Origin: Promethearchaeota archaeon
GTDB lineage: Archaea > Asgardarchaeota > Hermodarchaeia > Hermodarchaeales > Hermodarchaeaceae
Reading direction: 5' to 3'
Length of the DNA: 32,000 nt
NCBI GenBank assembly: GCA_048938295.1
Contig: JBHLMI010000005.1
Location: forward strand, 30,001-62,000
Positions 1 through 8,267 of this stretch are shown here, piece by piece. The position numbers and the translations under genes are program-made. How positions within the stretch are numbered: the stretch's first letter is position 1; each line of letters opens with the position of its first letter. The notes under the pieces are model-generated. The model was given only the letters and a program-made list of their open reading frames with translations. It was not told the origin of the DNA and searched no databases.

Positions 1-6
1 CAACCT

Positions 7-933
7 GTGCGTCCACCGTGCGAAATTATGGTAAATCAGGTATTACCCGCACTCCGAGCCCTTATTAGCCATCATCTGATTGAAGACTTCGGGTTCACTC
101 AAACTCAGATAGCAAAAGTACTTGGTATAACACAGGCTAGCGTATCACGGGGACTTAAGCAACTGAGCAGGTTCGAATCGTATTTCTCTCCTGGAGTAAA
201 AAAAGCTGCAAGGGAATTTGCGGAAACACTAGCACAAGAAAGACAATCCTTGGACGAAAGTATCGAACGGCTTTGTATATTCTGCCAAAATCAAAAAATT
301 GGAGGCCTATTGTGCCGATTGCATCGCAGAGAAAATCCCGAATTAGAGACCTGTGAGGTGTGTATCCGAGGTGTTGCACCGAATCTGCGAGCAGGTATTT
401 TAGAGAACCTGTTGCACGGGATGGACATTCTGCGGGAATCCTCAACATTTCCTCATGTAATCCCACAGGTTCAATCCCAACTGGTAATGAGCCTTCCTGA
501 AGCTACCAACGTGGATGAAGTGGCAGGATTCCCTAGCCGAATCGGGATTCACAACAATCAAGCTCATACATTCACTGGACCCGAATTTGGAGCCTCAAAA
601 CACTTAGCCGCTATCCTTCTCCAAGTTCAACAGTCCAATACTGAAAAACAAGCTGCCATTGTCATTAAGTACTTGGAAGGGATGGAAAAAGAATTCACTC
701 AGCATAATTTACGATACCTTACTGTCACCCGAGAAGGAGTTACAACTAATGCAGATACAGACAAAGCGCTCCTAGTTGCTATCAAAAAAGCAATTGCCAA
801 ACGAAAACTGTTTGATGTAATTATTGACAAAGGATTCTTCGGAATCGAACCGGTTGCATATATCTTCGCTGATACGGCTGAGCTTGCGGCAACTAGGGCA
901 GATGCTGTAAGCCGGACCATATTTGAGTTATAG
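7..933 (+). CDS. thiR: ThiR-like transcriptional regulator (N-terminal XRE-type HTH fused to a thiamine-phosphate synthase ThiN-like domain)
   Basis: N-terminus MRPPCEIMVNQVLPALRALI..FTQTQIAKVLGITQASVSR is an archaeal HTH. Cys/His-rich linker LCIFC..LCRLH..CEVC. C-terminal ThiN-like motifs VIPQVQSQL, DEVAGFPSRI, PEFGASKHLA, DVIIDKGFFGIEP. HTH+ThiN is the known ThiR architecture. Confidence 0.8.
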   Translation: MRPPCEIMVNQVLPALRALISHHLIEDFGFTQTQIAKVLGITQASVSRGLKQLSRFESYFSPGVKKAAREFAETLAQERQSLDESIERLCIFCQNQKIGGLLCRLHRRENPELETCEVCIRGVAPNLRAGILENLLHGMDILRESSTFPHVIPQVQSQLVMSLPEATNVDEVAGFPSRIGIHNNQAHTFTGPEFGASKHLAAILLQVQQSNTEKQAAIVIKYLEGMEKEFTQHNLRYLTVTREGVTTNADTDKALLVAIKKAIAKRKLFDVIIDKGFFGIEPVAYIFADTAELAATRADAVSRTIFEL

Positions 934-1003
934 ATGAAGGTTGAACACCTTATGGAAAAGGAAAAGTTCAATAGGATAAGCATCCTTCTTCACGCGAATT
1001 CAT

Positions 1004-2134
1004 ATGATTGGACAGCCAGATTGGGAAAATATTGCTAAATTCGTGCAAGACGGGCAACTGCCCTTTCCACATTCTTGTGTAAAGGAACAAGTACGTAAGA
1101 GTACACTCGAATGGGAGGAAGTCCCTGGACCAATTCCGACGAATGAACACCCATTTGATATTATTCGAGCCTCGATTAAACGAACAGTTGCCAGATACAA
1201 TATCAAGAGAGTGGGAGTCTGGCTAAGCGGCGGAATCGACAGTAGCTTGATGACAGCACTAACCGCTGAGGTATTAGGACCCAAAAATGTAACTGCCTAT
1301 ACTTTGCGATTTGAAGGTAGTGATGAAAGTCCTAACGCCAAAGTAACTGTTGATCACGTTGGCTGTAATTGGAAAGTTGAGGACATGACGTTAGATGATC
1401 ATTGTAGATTGCTTCGAGCTACGATTCGAAATGCCCTAGCGCCCGTTGGATTTACTACTCACAAACTTCGAATAGCACAGATAAGCAACGAAGAAGAGCA
1501 TGTTTTTTCGGCTCTTGGACTTGATGAATTATGTGGTGGATATCATGCACACGTTTGGGCTTCTGATGATGAGTTTGCTGAGGTTGAAAGACAAAAGTTT
1601 GAGGAGGCCAGTTACAACTTCGTTTGGATCAACGCACAAGAGAGTAAACAGGCTCGATTTAAACTCCATTATCCTTACCTCGACCCTGAGGTAATCGGAA
1701 AGTTCAGATCGTTCCCCCGAGAGTTAAAGACCCATGGTGACGAAACAAAGGTGATGATACGTAAAGAACTTCAAGAAAGTACTATTCTTCCCCCCTCAAC
1801 TATCGAACTGGGAAGAGTTGCTGGGACAAAGGGTGGATTTCTTCCCAATATCCTCACCTGGTGGAATCAGGGTTATGGTAAATGGGCACTTTCACAAGCT
1901 AAAGAAGGACAGCGCCTGTTGGATGAGAATCTCCCGGATAATCCGGTCAATATGGGAAGCGGAATGATGATTCGATTAGAGACTTTTGTACGTAGTTCAT
2001 CCACTCTAACACGCTTAGCGCGACAGGTGTTTCGGCGAAGAGGCGGAACTTTAGGCGGACGCTCGAACCTGTGGATTATCGCACGACTTGCATCAATACC
2101 GATACTCATCGATATCCTTGAAAAAGGAGAATAA
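1004..2134 (+). CDS. Asparagine synthetase-like ATP-dependent amide ligase, synthetase domain only (no N-terminal glutaminase domain)
   Basis: PP-loop VWLSGGIDSS, ALGLDELCGGY (cf. GEGADELFGGY), YPYLD, KVMIR, KGGF..W. About 55 aa precede the synthetase domain and the upstream gap is only 70 bp. Confidence 0.8.
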   Translation: MIGQPDWENIAKFVQDGQLPFPHSCVKEQVRKSTLEWEEVPGPIPTNEHPFDIIRASIKRTVARYNIKRVGVWLSGGIDSSLMTALTAEVLGPKNVTAYTLRFEGSDESPNAKVTVDHVGCNWKVEDMTLDDHCRLLRATIRNALAPVGFTTHKLRIAQISNEEEHVFSALGLDELCGGYHAHVWASDDEFAEVERQKFEEASYNFVWINAQESKQARFKLHYPYLDPEVIGKFRSFPRELKTHGDETKVMIRKELQESTILPPSTIELGRVAGTKGGFLPNILTWWNQGYGKWALSQAKEGQRLLDENLPDNPVNMGSGMMIRLETFVRSSSTLTRLARQVFRRRGGTLGGRSNLWIIARLASIPILIDILEKGE

Positions 2135-2142
2135 ACTAGGGA

Positions 2143-3264
2143 TCATCTCTTTGACTGCGCAGCCTTATAGGCTTGCTCTAATTGTCCACCATAGTGGGAC
2201 CATAAGAGAAAGCGTTGGGCTACCTTACGCACCCTTAATTTTTCTTTATTCCAGCTATCTACATCAGCAAAGTAATTGCGTGTGAGTTGTTGAATTCTTG
2301 TCTTCAATTCACCAATCGATGCCCAAGACCAGCCCACATCATGCTCCTTACAAAACTCGACTTCGGTGGGTTTGGTAGTGGGAACAATGGATTTCAAGCC
2401 TGCATGAAGAAATAGTGAAAACCGATTTTGTATGGAATAAACTGGACGGCGCGTCCACTTTCCTAATAACGCTGCATCACATGTACTGAAGACTTGAAGC
2501 ATCTTTTGGTGAGTTACATAACCGACATTGATGACTTCCTCTGTGTGTATCACGGGATATCCGATAAACACTAAAGAGGCACCGAAGCGATTCTGAAGCC
2601 AGAGTTCGAGGGTTTTTTTATCTGGGCGTTGGTTCAAAGGCAATTGATCTCGAGACACGATTGCGATTCGAAATTCGTCGTCAATGTTCTCGTTAGGGGG
2701 TATTAGTTCAACCTCTTGCTGAGTTGGCACATTGGGTATGACGTACACAAGCTGGTTTTTCCGCCGATATAGTTGTGCAAATTGTTTGCTTACGGTAATA
2801 ATCGGAGATGACTGTATAAGCTGTGCATCCCATTTTCGCCAGTTGTAAAAGGCAAACCTCGTTGCAAGGCGACGAGTAATAGTGCGATTTCGTTTAATCA
2901 CATCTGAACCCTGATAGGTAATTCGAGAACCCCAAATTTCATGGTCATCGTAAACGAATGGGTGTCCTACATCCAAAGCGACCTTAGCAGCAAAGAGGTC
3001 ATGAGCATGGATGAGATCGGGTTCTTCTTCTCGGATGAGCCACCGAAGCCAATCCCGTATTTTATGCAAAGTTCCAAAGAAGCCAGTTTTTTCATACGGT
3101 CCCCAATGCCGATAGTAGACTTTTTCAAACACACCAAAAATTTGATTTTGCGGAGGTCTCCCTCCAGCGAACACAACATCCCAACCTTTCATCTTTGAAT
3201 AGAGAGCGGCACGCTCAACCCGTGTATCGGGCAACCCAACATCAGAAAAATGTAGAATCTTCAT
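2143..3264 (-). CDS. Glycosyltransferase, GT-B fold, GT4-like
   Basis: DTRVERAA, PDLIHAHD, FVYDDHEIW, IITVS, YVIPNVP and YSIQNRFSLFLHAGL (cf. YSLPNKLFEYMAAGL) are GT4-type motifs. Confidence 0.7.
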   Translation of the reverse strand: MKILHFSDVGLPDTRVERAALYSKMKGWDVVFAGGRPPQNQIFGVFEKVYYRHWGPYEKTGFFGTLHKIRDWLRWLIREEEPDLIHAHDLFAAKVALDVGHPFVYDDHEIWGSRITYQGSDVIKRNRTITRRLATRFAFYNWRKWDAQLIQSSPIITVSKQFAQLYRRKNQLVYVIPNVPTQQEVELIPPNENIDDEFRIAIVSRDQLPLNQRPDKKTLELWLQNRFGASLVFIGYPVIHTEEVINVGYVTHQKMLQVFSTCDAALLGKWTRRPVYSIQNRFSLFLHAGLKSIVPTTKPTEVEFCKEHDVGWSWASIGELKTRIQQLTRNYFADVDSWNKEKLRVRKVAQRFLLWSHYGGQLEQAYKAAQSKR

Positions 3265-3329
3265 CCCACAATGCTCCGATAACTCAAGACTATAGTAAAA
3301 CAGGGTGTCGTGCGTATCAAGGCTTCTTC

Positions 3330-3353
3330 AATTCATGAATTTATAAATCGATT
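3330..3353 (-). promoter_or_regulatory. Putative TATA box for the glycosyltransferase gene with adjacent palindromes
   Basis: TTTATAAA at 3340-3347, about 75 bp upstream of the ATG at 3264. It is flanked by perfect palindromes AATTCATGAATT (3330-3341) and AATCGATT (3346-3353). Confidence 0.45.
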
Positions 3354-3375
3354 GTACTCGGATATAACAAACTAG

Positions 3376-4509
3376 TCATGTAATGGCTTTCATGAATTTT
3401 TGTTTAATGTCGATCGGTGAAAGGGAAATTAGAGGTACATCGGCGTTGCCTGCAAGAGCAAGTACATGGATAAAGTTAGGACCGTGGTTCAAGTTTGAAA
3501 TGATTTCCACCAATTCATTCGCATCGTTAGTTTGAAAGACTTGTTCAATCCCCAAACCTAAAGCAACGCGAGCCAGGTCAACAACATTAACGGACGCTGT
3601 TAATTGATTGCCAGTTGAACCATGTACGCCATTATCGATGGCTATGATGGTCAGGTTACGAGAGGCGGTGCTGGCAATTGAGGCTAGAGCACCCAAATTG
3701 GACAACAAGCTACCATCACCATCAATCACTATAACTTGCCGTTTGGTAGAGACAGAAAGCCCTAGCCCGATGGAGGATGCAAGACCTAAACTCCCTAACA
3801 TGTAAAAATTCTCAGGTCGATGTCTGATGTAGTATAGTTCCCGTGATGGGAAACCGATATTGCTCACCACTATTTCATCTTTCAGAATAGATCCAATTGC
3901 TTCGAGCATTTGATAACGGGAAAAATTCCGATTCCACTGTGACCGATCAATCTCTTGGGAATGGGGTGTTGTATAGGAAACAGATGGTGTTTCAATAAGA
4001 GGCGGGCTTTTTTCATGCTGCCAGAGTTCAGGACTGATTAAGACTACTTGCAGGGAGTTTTGAGAGTAGCATTCTTTGATAATTACTGGAAGAGTTGTCA
4101 AATCCGTAGGATTTGCTATTTTTGTATACGAAATTCCTACGGCATCCAAGATCGCCGGTAATCGCTCACCGAGAGGAATTTGCGCAGGAATCGTTTCATT
4201 AAACACCCCACGCCAACTTGCTAAAACGAGTAAGGGAAATTGATAGGTTATGGTCAACGAGCACAGGGCATTGATCATATTTCCTAGCCCTGTACTTTGA
4301 ATTAACATAGCAGGTTTTTTTCCCCCAAGTGCTACACCCGCACAGATTCCGACACCTTCCTCTTCCTTGGTAAGACCAAGGCTTGGAAAGGTTTCACGAA
4401 CCAAATTGTAGAGCCGCTGGAATTTTGCACAGGGATAGGTGGCGACGAAATTTACCCCACCATTTTGTAGAATTTCAACTATAGATTCGGAGAGGTTTAC
4501 CATGATCAT
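3376..4509 (-). CDS. comDE: Sulfopyruvate decarboxylase, fused alpha/beta subunits (ThDP-dependent)
   Basis: Alpha part: ATYPCAK, TKEEEGVGICAG, LIQSTGLGN, SWRG. Beta part: VSNIGFPSRELY, NFYMLGSLGLASSIGLG, ThDP motif DGDGSLL..IDNGVHGSTGNQ. Lies next to cysteate synthase, as in Methanosarcinales. Confidence 0.88.
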   Translation of the reverse strand: MIMVNLSESIVEILQNGGVNFVATYPCAKFQRLYNLVRETFPSLGLTKEEEGVGICAGVALGGKKPAMLIQSTGLGNMINALCSLTITYQFPLLVLASWRGVFNETIPAQIPLGERLPAILDAVGISYTKIANPTDLTTLPVIIKECYSQNSLQVVLISPELWQHEKSPPLIETPSVSYTTPHSQEIDRSQWNRNFSRYQMLEAIGSILKDEIVVSNIGFPSRELYYIRHRPENFYMLGSLGLASSIGLGLSVSTKRQVIVIDGDGSLLSNLGALASIASTASRNLTIIAIDNGVHGSTGNQLTASVNVVDLARVALGLGIEQVFQTNDANELVEIISNLNHGPNFIHVLALAGNADVPLISLSPIDIKQKFMKAIT

Positions 4510-4533
4510 TCATCAACTAAAAGGCTCTAGATT

Positions 4534-5754
4534 TTAAAGAAATAAATCTTCCATCGAAGCGTGAGGTGATATATGCTGCTCTGGTATGATTTTATGAAAA
4601 CCAAAATCCCGTTCCAACCCCTTTAGACCGCCCCCAGTGACATTAAGGAGCGTATAATCAGTGTTCCCAATTCTTTCAAGTTCTATTGCCTGAAAGAGAG
4701 AAGCCACAGCCACTTCTGCAGCGGGAAGGATATCAATCCCTTCAAGAGATTCAAACTTCTTTCCGGCTTGTTGCGCTTCTTTATTAGTAACAGAATACAT
4801 TTGCCCATGCGTACTTGTTAATGCATCATAGACGCCTCCCTCAATGGAATAGGGAGGAGAACGATTCGATAATACTAATGCATGCATCTCCTTAATACAC
4901 TGCTGGGGATTGGGCATATCTTCAGGTAATATTTGGCGACGACCTGCTTGCCATGCATTGTAGATAGGAATAAACGGAGCGTTTTGAGATAAATGAAGAA
5001 TTGGGTCTCCCCTCCAATCGTGATTTTGAAGGCGCACGGCCATTTCCCAAGAAGCTATGGCTCCGGTTCCGGAACCAATTGCTTGGAAGTAATGGTCTGG
5101 TAATCGTTTCATCATAAAAGCAGCATCAAGCATCACTGTTCCCATACCATCTCGGCGAGCAACGTTTTTCGCACCACCTTCAGGTACCACCTTTCTAATT
5201 TGACTAAACCTGTTGGCAGTGTTGATTGCATCGCAGTAATCACCACTTACCGCTAGAAGGTGAATATGATCAGTGGGAGGTTCGGGTGTCCAGAGCATAT
5301 CTAGTCCTGACTCGGGGACAACCAGATACACATCAAATTGTGTTTGGTTGGCAAGGTGACCAAATGCTCTTGCTGTGTTGCCAACTGACGCGATTACGAT
5401 GCCTGTAACTCCGTTCTCTTTTGCCCGGGCAATAGTAGGATTTGATTCCAAATCCTTAAACGATCCAGTGAGATTCCATGCTTCACGGTCAGGCCAATAC
5501 CCAGTAAACGCTATGAAGAGGTTTTTCAATCCTAGTTCCTTTGCTAATCCATTGCTTCGAAAGGTTATAGACCCCGCCTTTGTTGATAGAGGCTGCGAGC
5601 AGGGTAACCAGTCAATGAACCTCCAGAGTCCGGGAAATGGTTTAAGCTTAAGAGAATTAGAATATTCAGTTTTTAGAAGAGAGGAACAGTGGCAAGAAAG
5701 GGCATATCCCTTAAATTCCCTCTTACAGCTTGGACATATTATCCGGTAACCCAT
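4534..5754 (-). CDS. Cysteate synthase (PLP-dependent, threonine-synthase fold)
   Basis: N-terminal CPSC..CHC Zn ribbon, LWRFIDWLP, FTGYWPDR, GSFKDLE (PLP Lys), ASVGNTARAF, EGGAKNVARRDGMGTVM, YFQAIGSGTG, VLSNRSPPY. Strong SD AGGAGTGA before the ATG. Confidence 0.9.
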   Translation of the reverse strand: MGYRIICPSCKREFKGYALSCHCSSLLKTEYSNSLKLKPFPGLWRFIDWLPCSQPLSTKAGSITFRSNGLAKELGLKNLFIAFTGYWPDREAWNLTGSFKDLESNPTIARAKENGVTGIVIASVGNTARAFGHLANQTQFDVYLVVPESGLDMLWTPEPPTDHIHLLAVSGDYCDAINTANRFSQIRKVVPEGGAKNVARRDGMGTVMLDAAFMMKRLPDHYFQAIGSGTGAIASWEMAVRLQNHDWRGDPILHLSQNAPFIPIYNAWQAGRRQILPEDMPNPQQCIKEMHALVLSNRSPPYSIEGGVYDALTSTHGQMYSVTNKEAQQAGKKFESLEGIDILPAAEVAVASLFQAIELERIGNTDYTLLNVTGGGLKGLERDFGFHKIIPEQHISPHASMEDLFL

Positions 5755-6449
5755 ATTTCACTCCTGGGTTCTGTCTTGCCCGAATCTGTTTTTTTATGCA
5801 TTGTATGAATGCCACATTCCCCCCCACATTTACTTGTCCCCTGCCACCGACCCGCTCTTTCAGTTTCCTCATCCGAAACTAGTTTAGTACAAGGAGCGCA
5901 ACCCAAGCTTCGATATCCTTGCCGATATGCTGGATTTACTGGTACATCAAAAATCGCAGTATAACGCCAAATATCAGTCTCGGTCCAGTCAAGAATAGGA
6001 TTAACCTTCATTGTTCCGTTACAGACCTCAAAGGGCTCAAAATCAGTTCTTGTTCGCCCCTCAGTTCGACGCAGTCCAGTTATCCAGGCATCCAAATTCT
6101 TGATTGCTCGAAGAGTGGGTTCGACCTTAAATATTTGGCAACATCGATCGGGATCGGAGATCCAGAGCCCCTCTATGGGTTCTTGATCTGACATAAAGAC
6201 TGTCAAGTTCAAATTCCATTTCTTTACAACCTGATCCTTGAACTCAAAGGTTTCGGAGGGTTTCATTGGAGTCATGATAGCAAAAACCGAAATATCCGGT
6301 TTTATTTGGCGGGCAAGAGATACCACGACCATGCTATCTTTGCCAAAACTACAGGCTACAGCAGTACGCGGATATTCCGAAAGTGCTTTTGCGATGATTT
6401 GTTTACTTTGTTCGATTTTGTCGAGTAGTGTACTGGGTTCGCTGTTCAT
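5739..6449 (-). CDS. cysH: Assimilatory APS reductase (CysH/PAPS-reductase family, [4Fe-4S]-binding type)
   Basis: SFGKDS PP-motif, RCCQIFKVEP, WITGLRRTEG.TR, KVNPILDWT, GYRSLGCAPCT, ERAGRW, C-terminal ECGIH. CC...CxxC is the APS-reductase iron-sulfur signature. Overlaps the cysteate synthase start by 16 nt. Confidence 0.88.
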   Translation of the reverse strand: MNSEPSTLLDKIEQSKQIIAKALSEYPRTAVACSFGKDSMVVVSLARQIKPDISVFAIMTPMKPSETFEFKDQVVKKWNLNLTVFMSDQEPIEGLWISDPDRCCQIFKVEPTLRAIKNLDAWITGLRRTEGRTRTDFEPFEVCNGTMKVNPILDWTETDIWRYTAIFDVPVNPAYRQGYRSLGCAPCTKLVSDEETERAGRWQGTSKCGGECGIHTMHKKTDSGKTEPRSEIWVTG

Positions 6450-6462
6450 TCGTTACCACCAT

Positions 6463-6618
6463 TAGAGATACCTTCACCTAGAGTTTTAATATAAAAAAAC
6501 TTCTGATTAAATCACCTTATTTTCTAGCGTTTTATTGCAGCGGATAGGTAGAGATACGTTAATATAACTAGAGTTGTATTCCCGTTTGCGAAATAAAAAG
6601 CGGGAAAAATCTCGCAAA
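6463..6618. promoter_or_regulatory. Divergent promoter region with repeated and inverted motifs (putative Lrp operators)
   Basis: TTAATATAA at 6486-6494 and 6559-6567. TAGAG(A/T)T at 6463, 6479, 6549 and 6569. Inverted repeats AATATAACT/AGTTGTATT (6561-6580), TTCCCGTTT/AAGCGGGAA (6579-6606) and TTTGCGA/TCGCAAA (6585-6618). Confidence 0.55.
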
Positions 6619-6634
6619 ATGATGTGAGTCCATT

Positions 6635-7132
6635 ATGGTTCAGAAAACCGAGTTATCTGATATCCAACTCAAACTGATTGGCCTTCTTTCACAAAATGCA
6701 CGAGCCCCAATTCGCCGAATTGCAAGTATAATGAAATTAAGTGAGGCTACAGTACGATACCATATTTCAAAACTTGAAGAGAGTGGAGTCATCAAAGGGT
6801 ATTCTGTTATTATTGATCCCACTAAGTTCCAGCTTCCAGTGTTCATCACAATTGGAGTTCAATGCGAACCTTCTTTAACAAGCCGTGTGGCAGAGACTCT
6901 CGCTAGTTCACCCTATTTTTATCTGGTTTGGGTCGTGACAGGTGCACACAACATTCATGCAAAAGCCGCTTTTCCCTCCGCTGAAGAAATGCAACGCGTT
7001 GTAGGAGAAGTAATGAGGCAAACCACGGGGATACTGAGCTATCATCTCTCTTTAAGGTTTGAAGCCATAAAAGACCCCTACCTCTTACCCCATGAATTGC
7101 TAGCTATCTCCCATAATAAGAAATCGAAGTAG
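6635..7132 (+). CDS. Lrp/AsnC family transcriptional regulator
   Basis: LSDIQLKLIGLLSQNARAPIRRIASIMKLSEATVRYHISKLEESGVIKGYSVIIDP is a classic Lrp HTH, followed by a RAM domain with VTGAHNI. Confidence 0.92.
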   Translation: MVQKTELSDIQLKLIGLLSQNARAPIRRIASIMKLSEATVRYHISKLEESGVIKGYSVIIDPTKFQLPVFITIGVQCEPSLTSRVAETLASSPYFYLVWVVTGAHNIHAKAAFPSAEEMQRVVGEVMRQTTGILSYHLSLRFEAIKDPYLLPHELLAISHNKKSK

Positions 7133-7211
7133 TCTGAAACGCAGAGATGAGTATAGCCAATGACAAAAAGAAGCTTGAAATAAAGGATACAAGTTGCTAG
7201 GGTTGATGATA

Positions 7212-8267
7212 ATGAAGAAACTCAAGATCCTTCTCACCGCTTGTGGGTGCCCTGGTGCGGCAACACTGATCCGAATGTTAAAGGAAAACGGTGAACGACC
7301 GGTTGAAATCATTGGAACTGACATGGATACTGAACCGATCGGAAAATACCTAACAGATGGCTTCTACCAGGTCCCTCCTGGGCACTCAGATACTTACATC
7401 CCGAAGATGCTTGAAATTATTGAAAAAGAAAAACCAGATGTGCTATTTCCCGAGTCCAGTTTTGAAGTATATCCCCTCGCCTTAAATAAAAGCCAATTCG
7501 AAGCACTTGGAACACAAGTTCTTGTATCCAATCCCGAATCAATTAAGATGGCTAACAACAAACTACAAATGTATAATGCAATCCAGAAAAACACCGACAT
7601 CCCTTTACCTAAATTTCATTCAGCGAGGTCCTTATCAGAGTTTCACGAGGTCATCGAACAACTTGGATATCCTCGCAACCCCATAGTCTTTAAACCTCAG
7701 GTAGGAAAAGGAAGCCGAGGAGTAAGAATCCTGGATTCAAAGATAGATCGTAAACGCCAATTAATGCAAGAAAAACCTACCAGTAAATACATGTCATTGC
7801 CGGAATTCGACTCTATCTTTGAAAACGTTGAAGCCTTTCCTGAATTATTGGTCATGGAATGGTTAGAGGGGATGGAACTTACCGCGGATACCCTGGCAAT
7901 GGACGGAAGGGAACTCCTTACGACTGTGAAAACCGTCGAACAGGCTCGTTGGGGAGTCATTGTTCGGGGAGAATTGGTCAAGAGGCCCGACTTAGTGGAG
8001 CAGACGCGCAAAATACTAAAAGCGATTCCGTTGAGCTTTTGTGTTAACCTCCAATTTATCGCCGATAGAATAATCGAGATTAATCCGAGAGTCTCGACTT
8101 TTATTTATCAAAAGGATTTAATCGCACCTTACTTAGCAGTTAAATTAGCTATAGGAGAACTCACAGAACAGGAAGTAAGAAAACACCAAACACGTATTGA
8201 CTATGGTCGTCGAATGACACGGTTCATGGATCAGGTGTTTCACAAAGGAGGTAAGCGAGTATTATGA
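7212..8267 (+). CDS. ATP-grasp ligase (carbamoyl-phosphate-synthase-like type found in polysaccharide loci)
   Basis: KILLTACGCPGA, IIGTDMD, NNKLQMY, VFKPQVGKGSRG, VMEWLEGME, EINPRV. The ORF track starts at TTG 7194; ATG 7212 is preferred and ATG 7206 is possible. Confidence 0.8.
   Translation: MKKLKILLTACGCPGAATLIRMLKENGERPVEIIGTDMDTEPIGKYLTDGFYQVPPGHSDTYIPKMLEIIEKEKPDVLFPESSFEVYPLALNKSQFEALGTQVLVSNPESIKMANNKLQMYNAIQKNTDIPLPKFHSARSLSEFHEVIEQLGYPRNPIVFKPQVGKGSRGVRILDSKIDRKRQLMQEKPTSKYMSLPEFDSIFENVEAFPELLVMEWLEGMELTADTLAMDGRELLTTVKTVEQARWGVIVRGELVKRPDLVEQTRKILKAIPLSFCVNLQFIADRIIEINPRVSTFIYQKDLIAPYLAVKLAIGELTEQEVRKHQTRIDYGRRMTRFMDQVFHKGGKRVL

Noticed and set aside
3376-4509. Phosphonopyruvate decarboxylase (phosphonate pathway) reading of comDE
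   Set aside because: There is no PEP mutase in the window, and the neighbours are cysteate synthase and an APS reductase.
4534-5754. Ordinary threonine synthase
   Set aside because: The motifs GYWPDR, GSFKDLE and EGGAKNVARRDGMGT, together with the adjacent comDE, fit cysteate synthase better.
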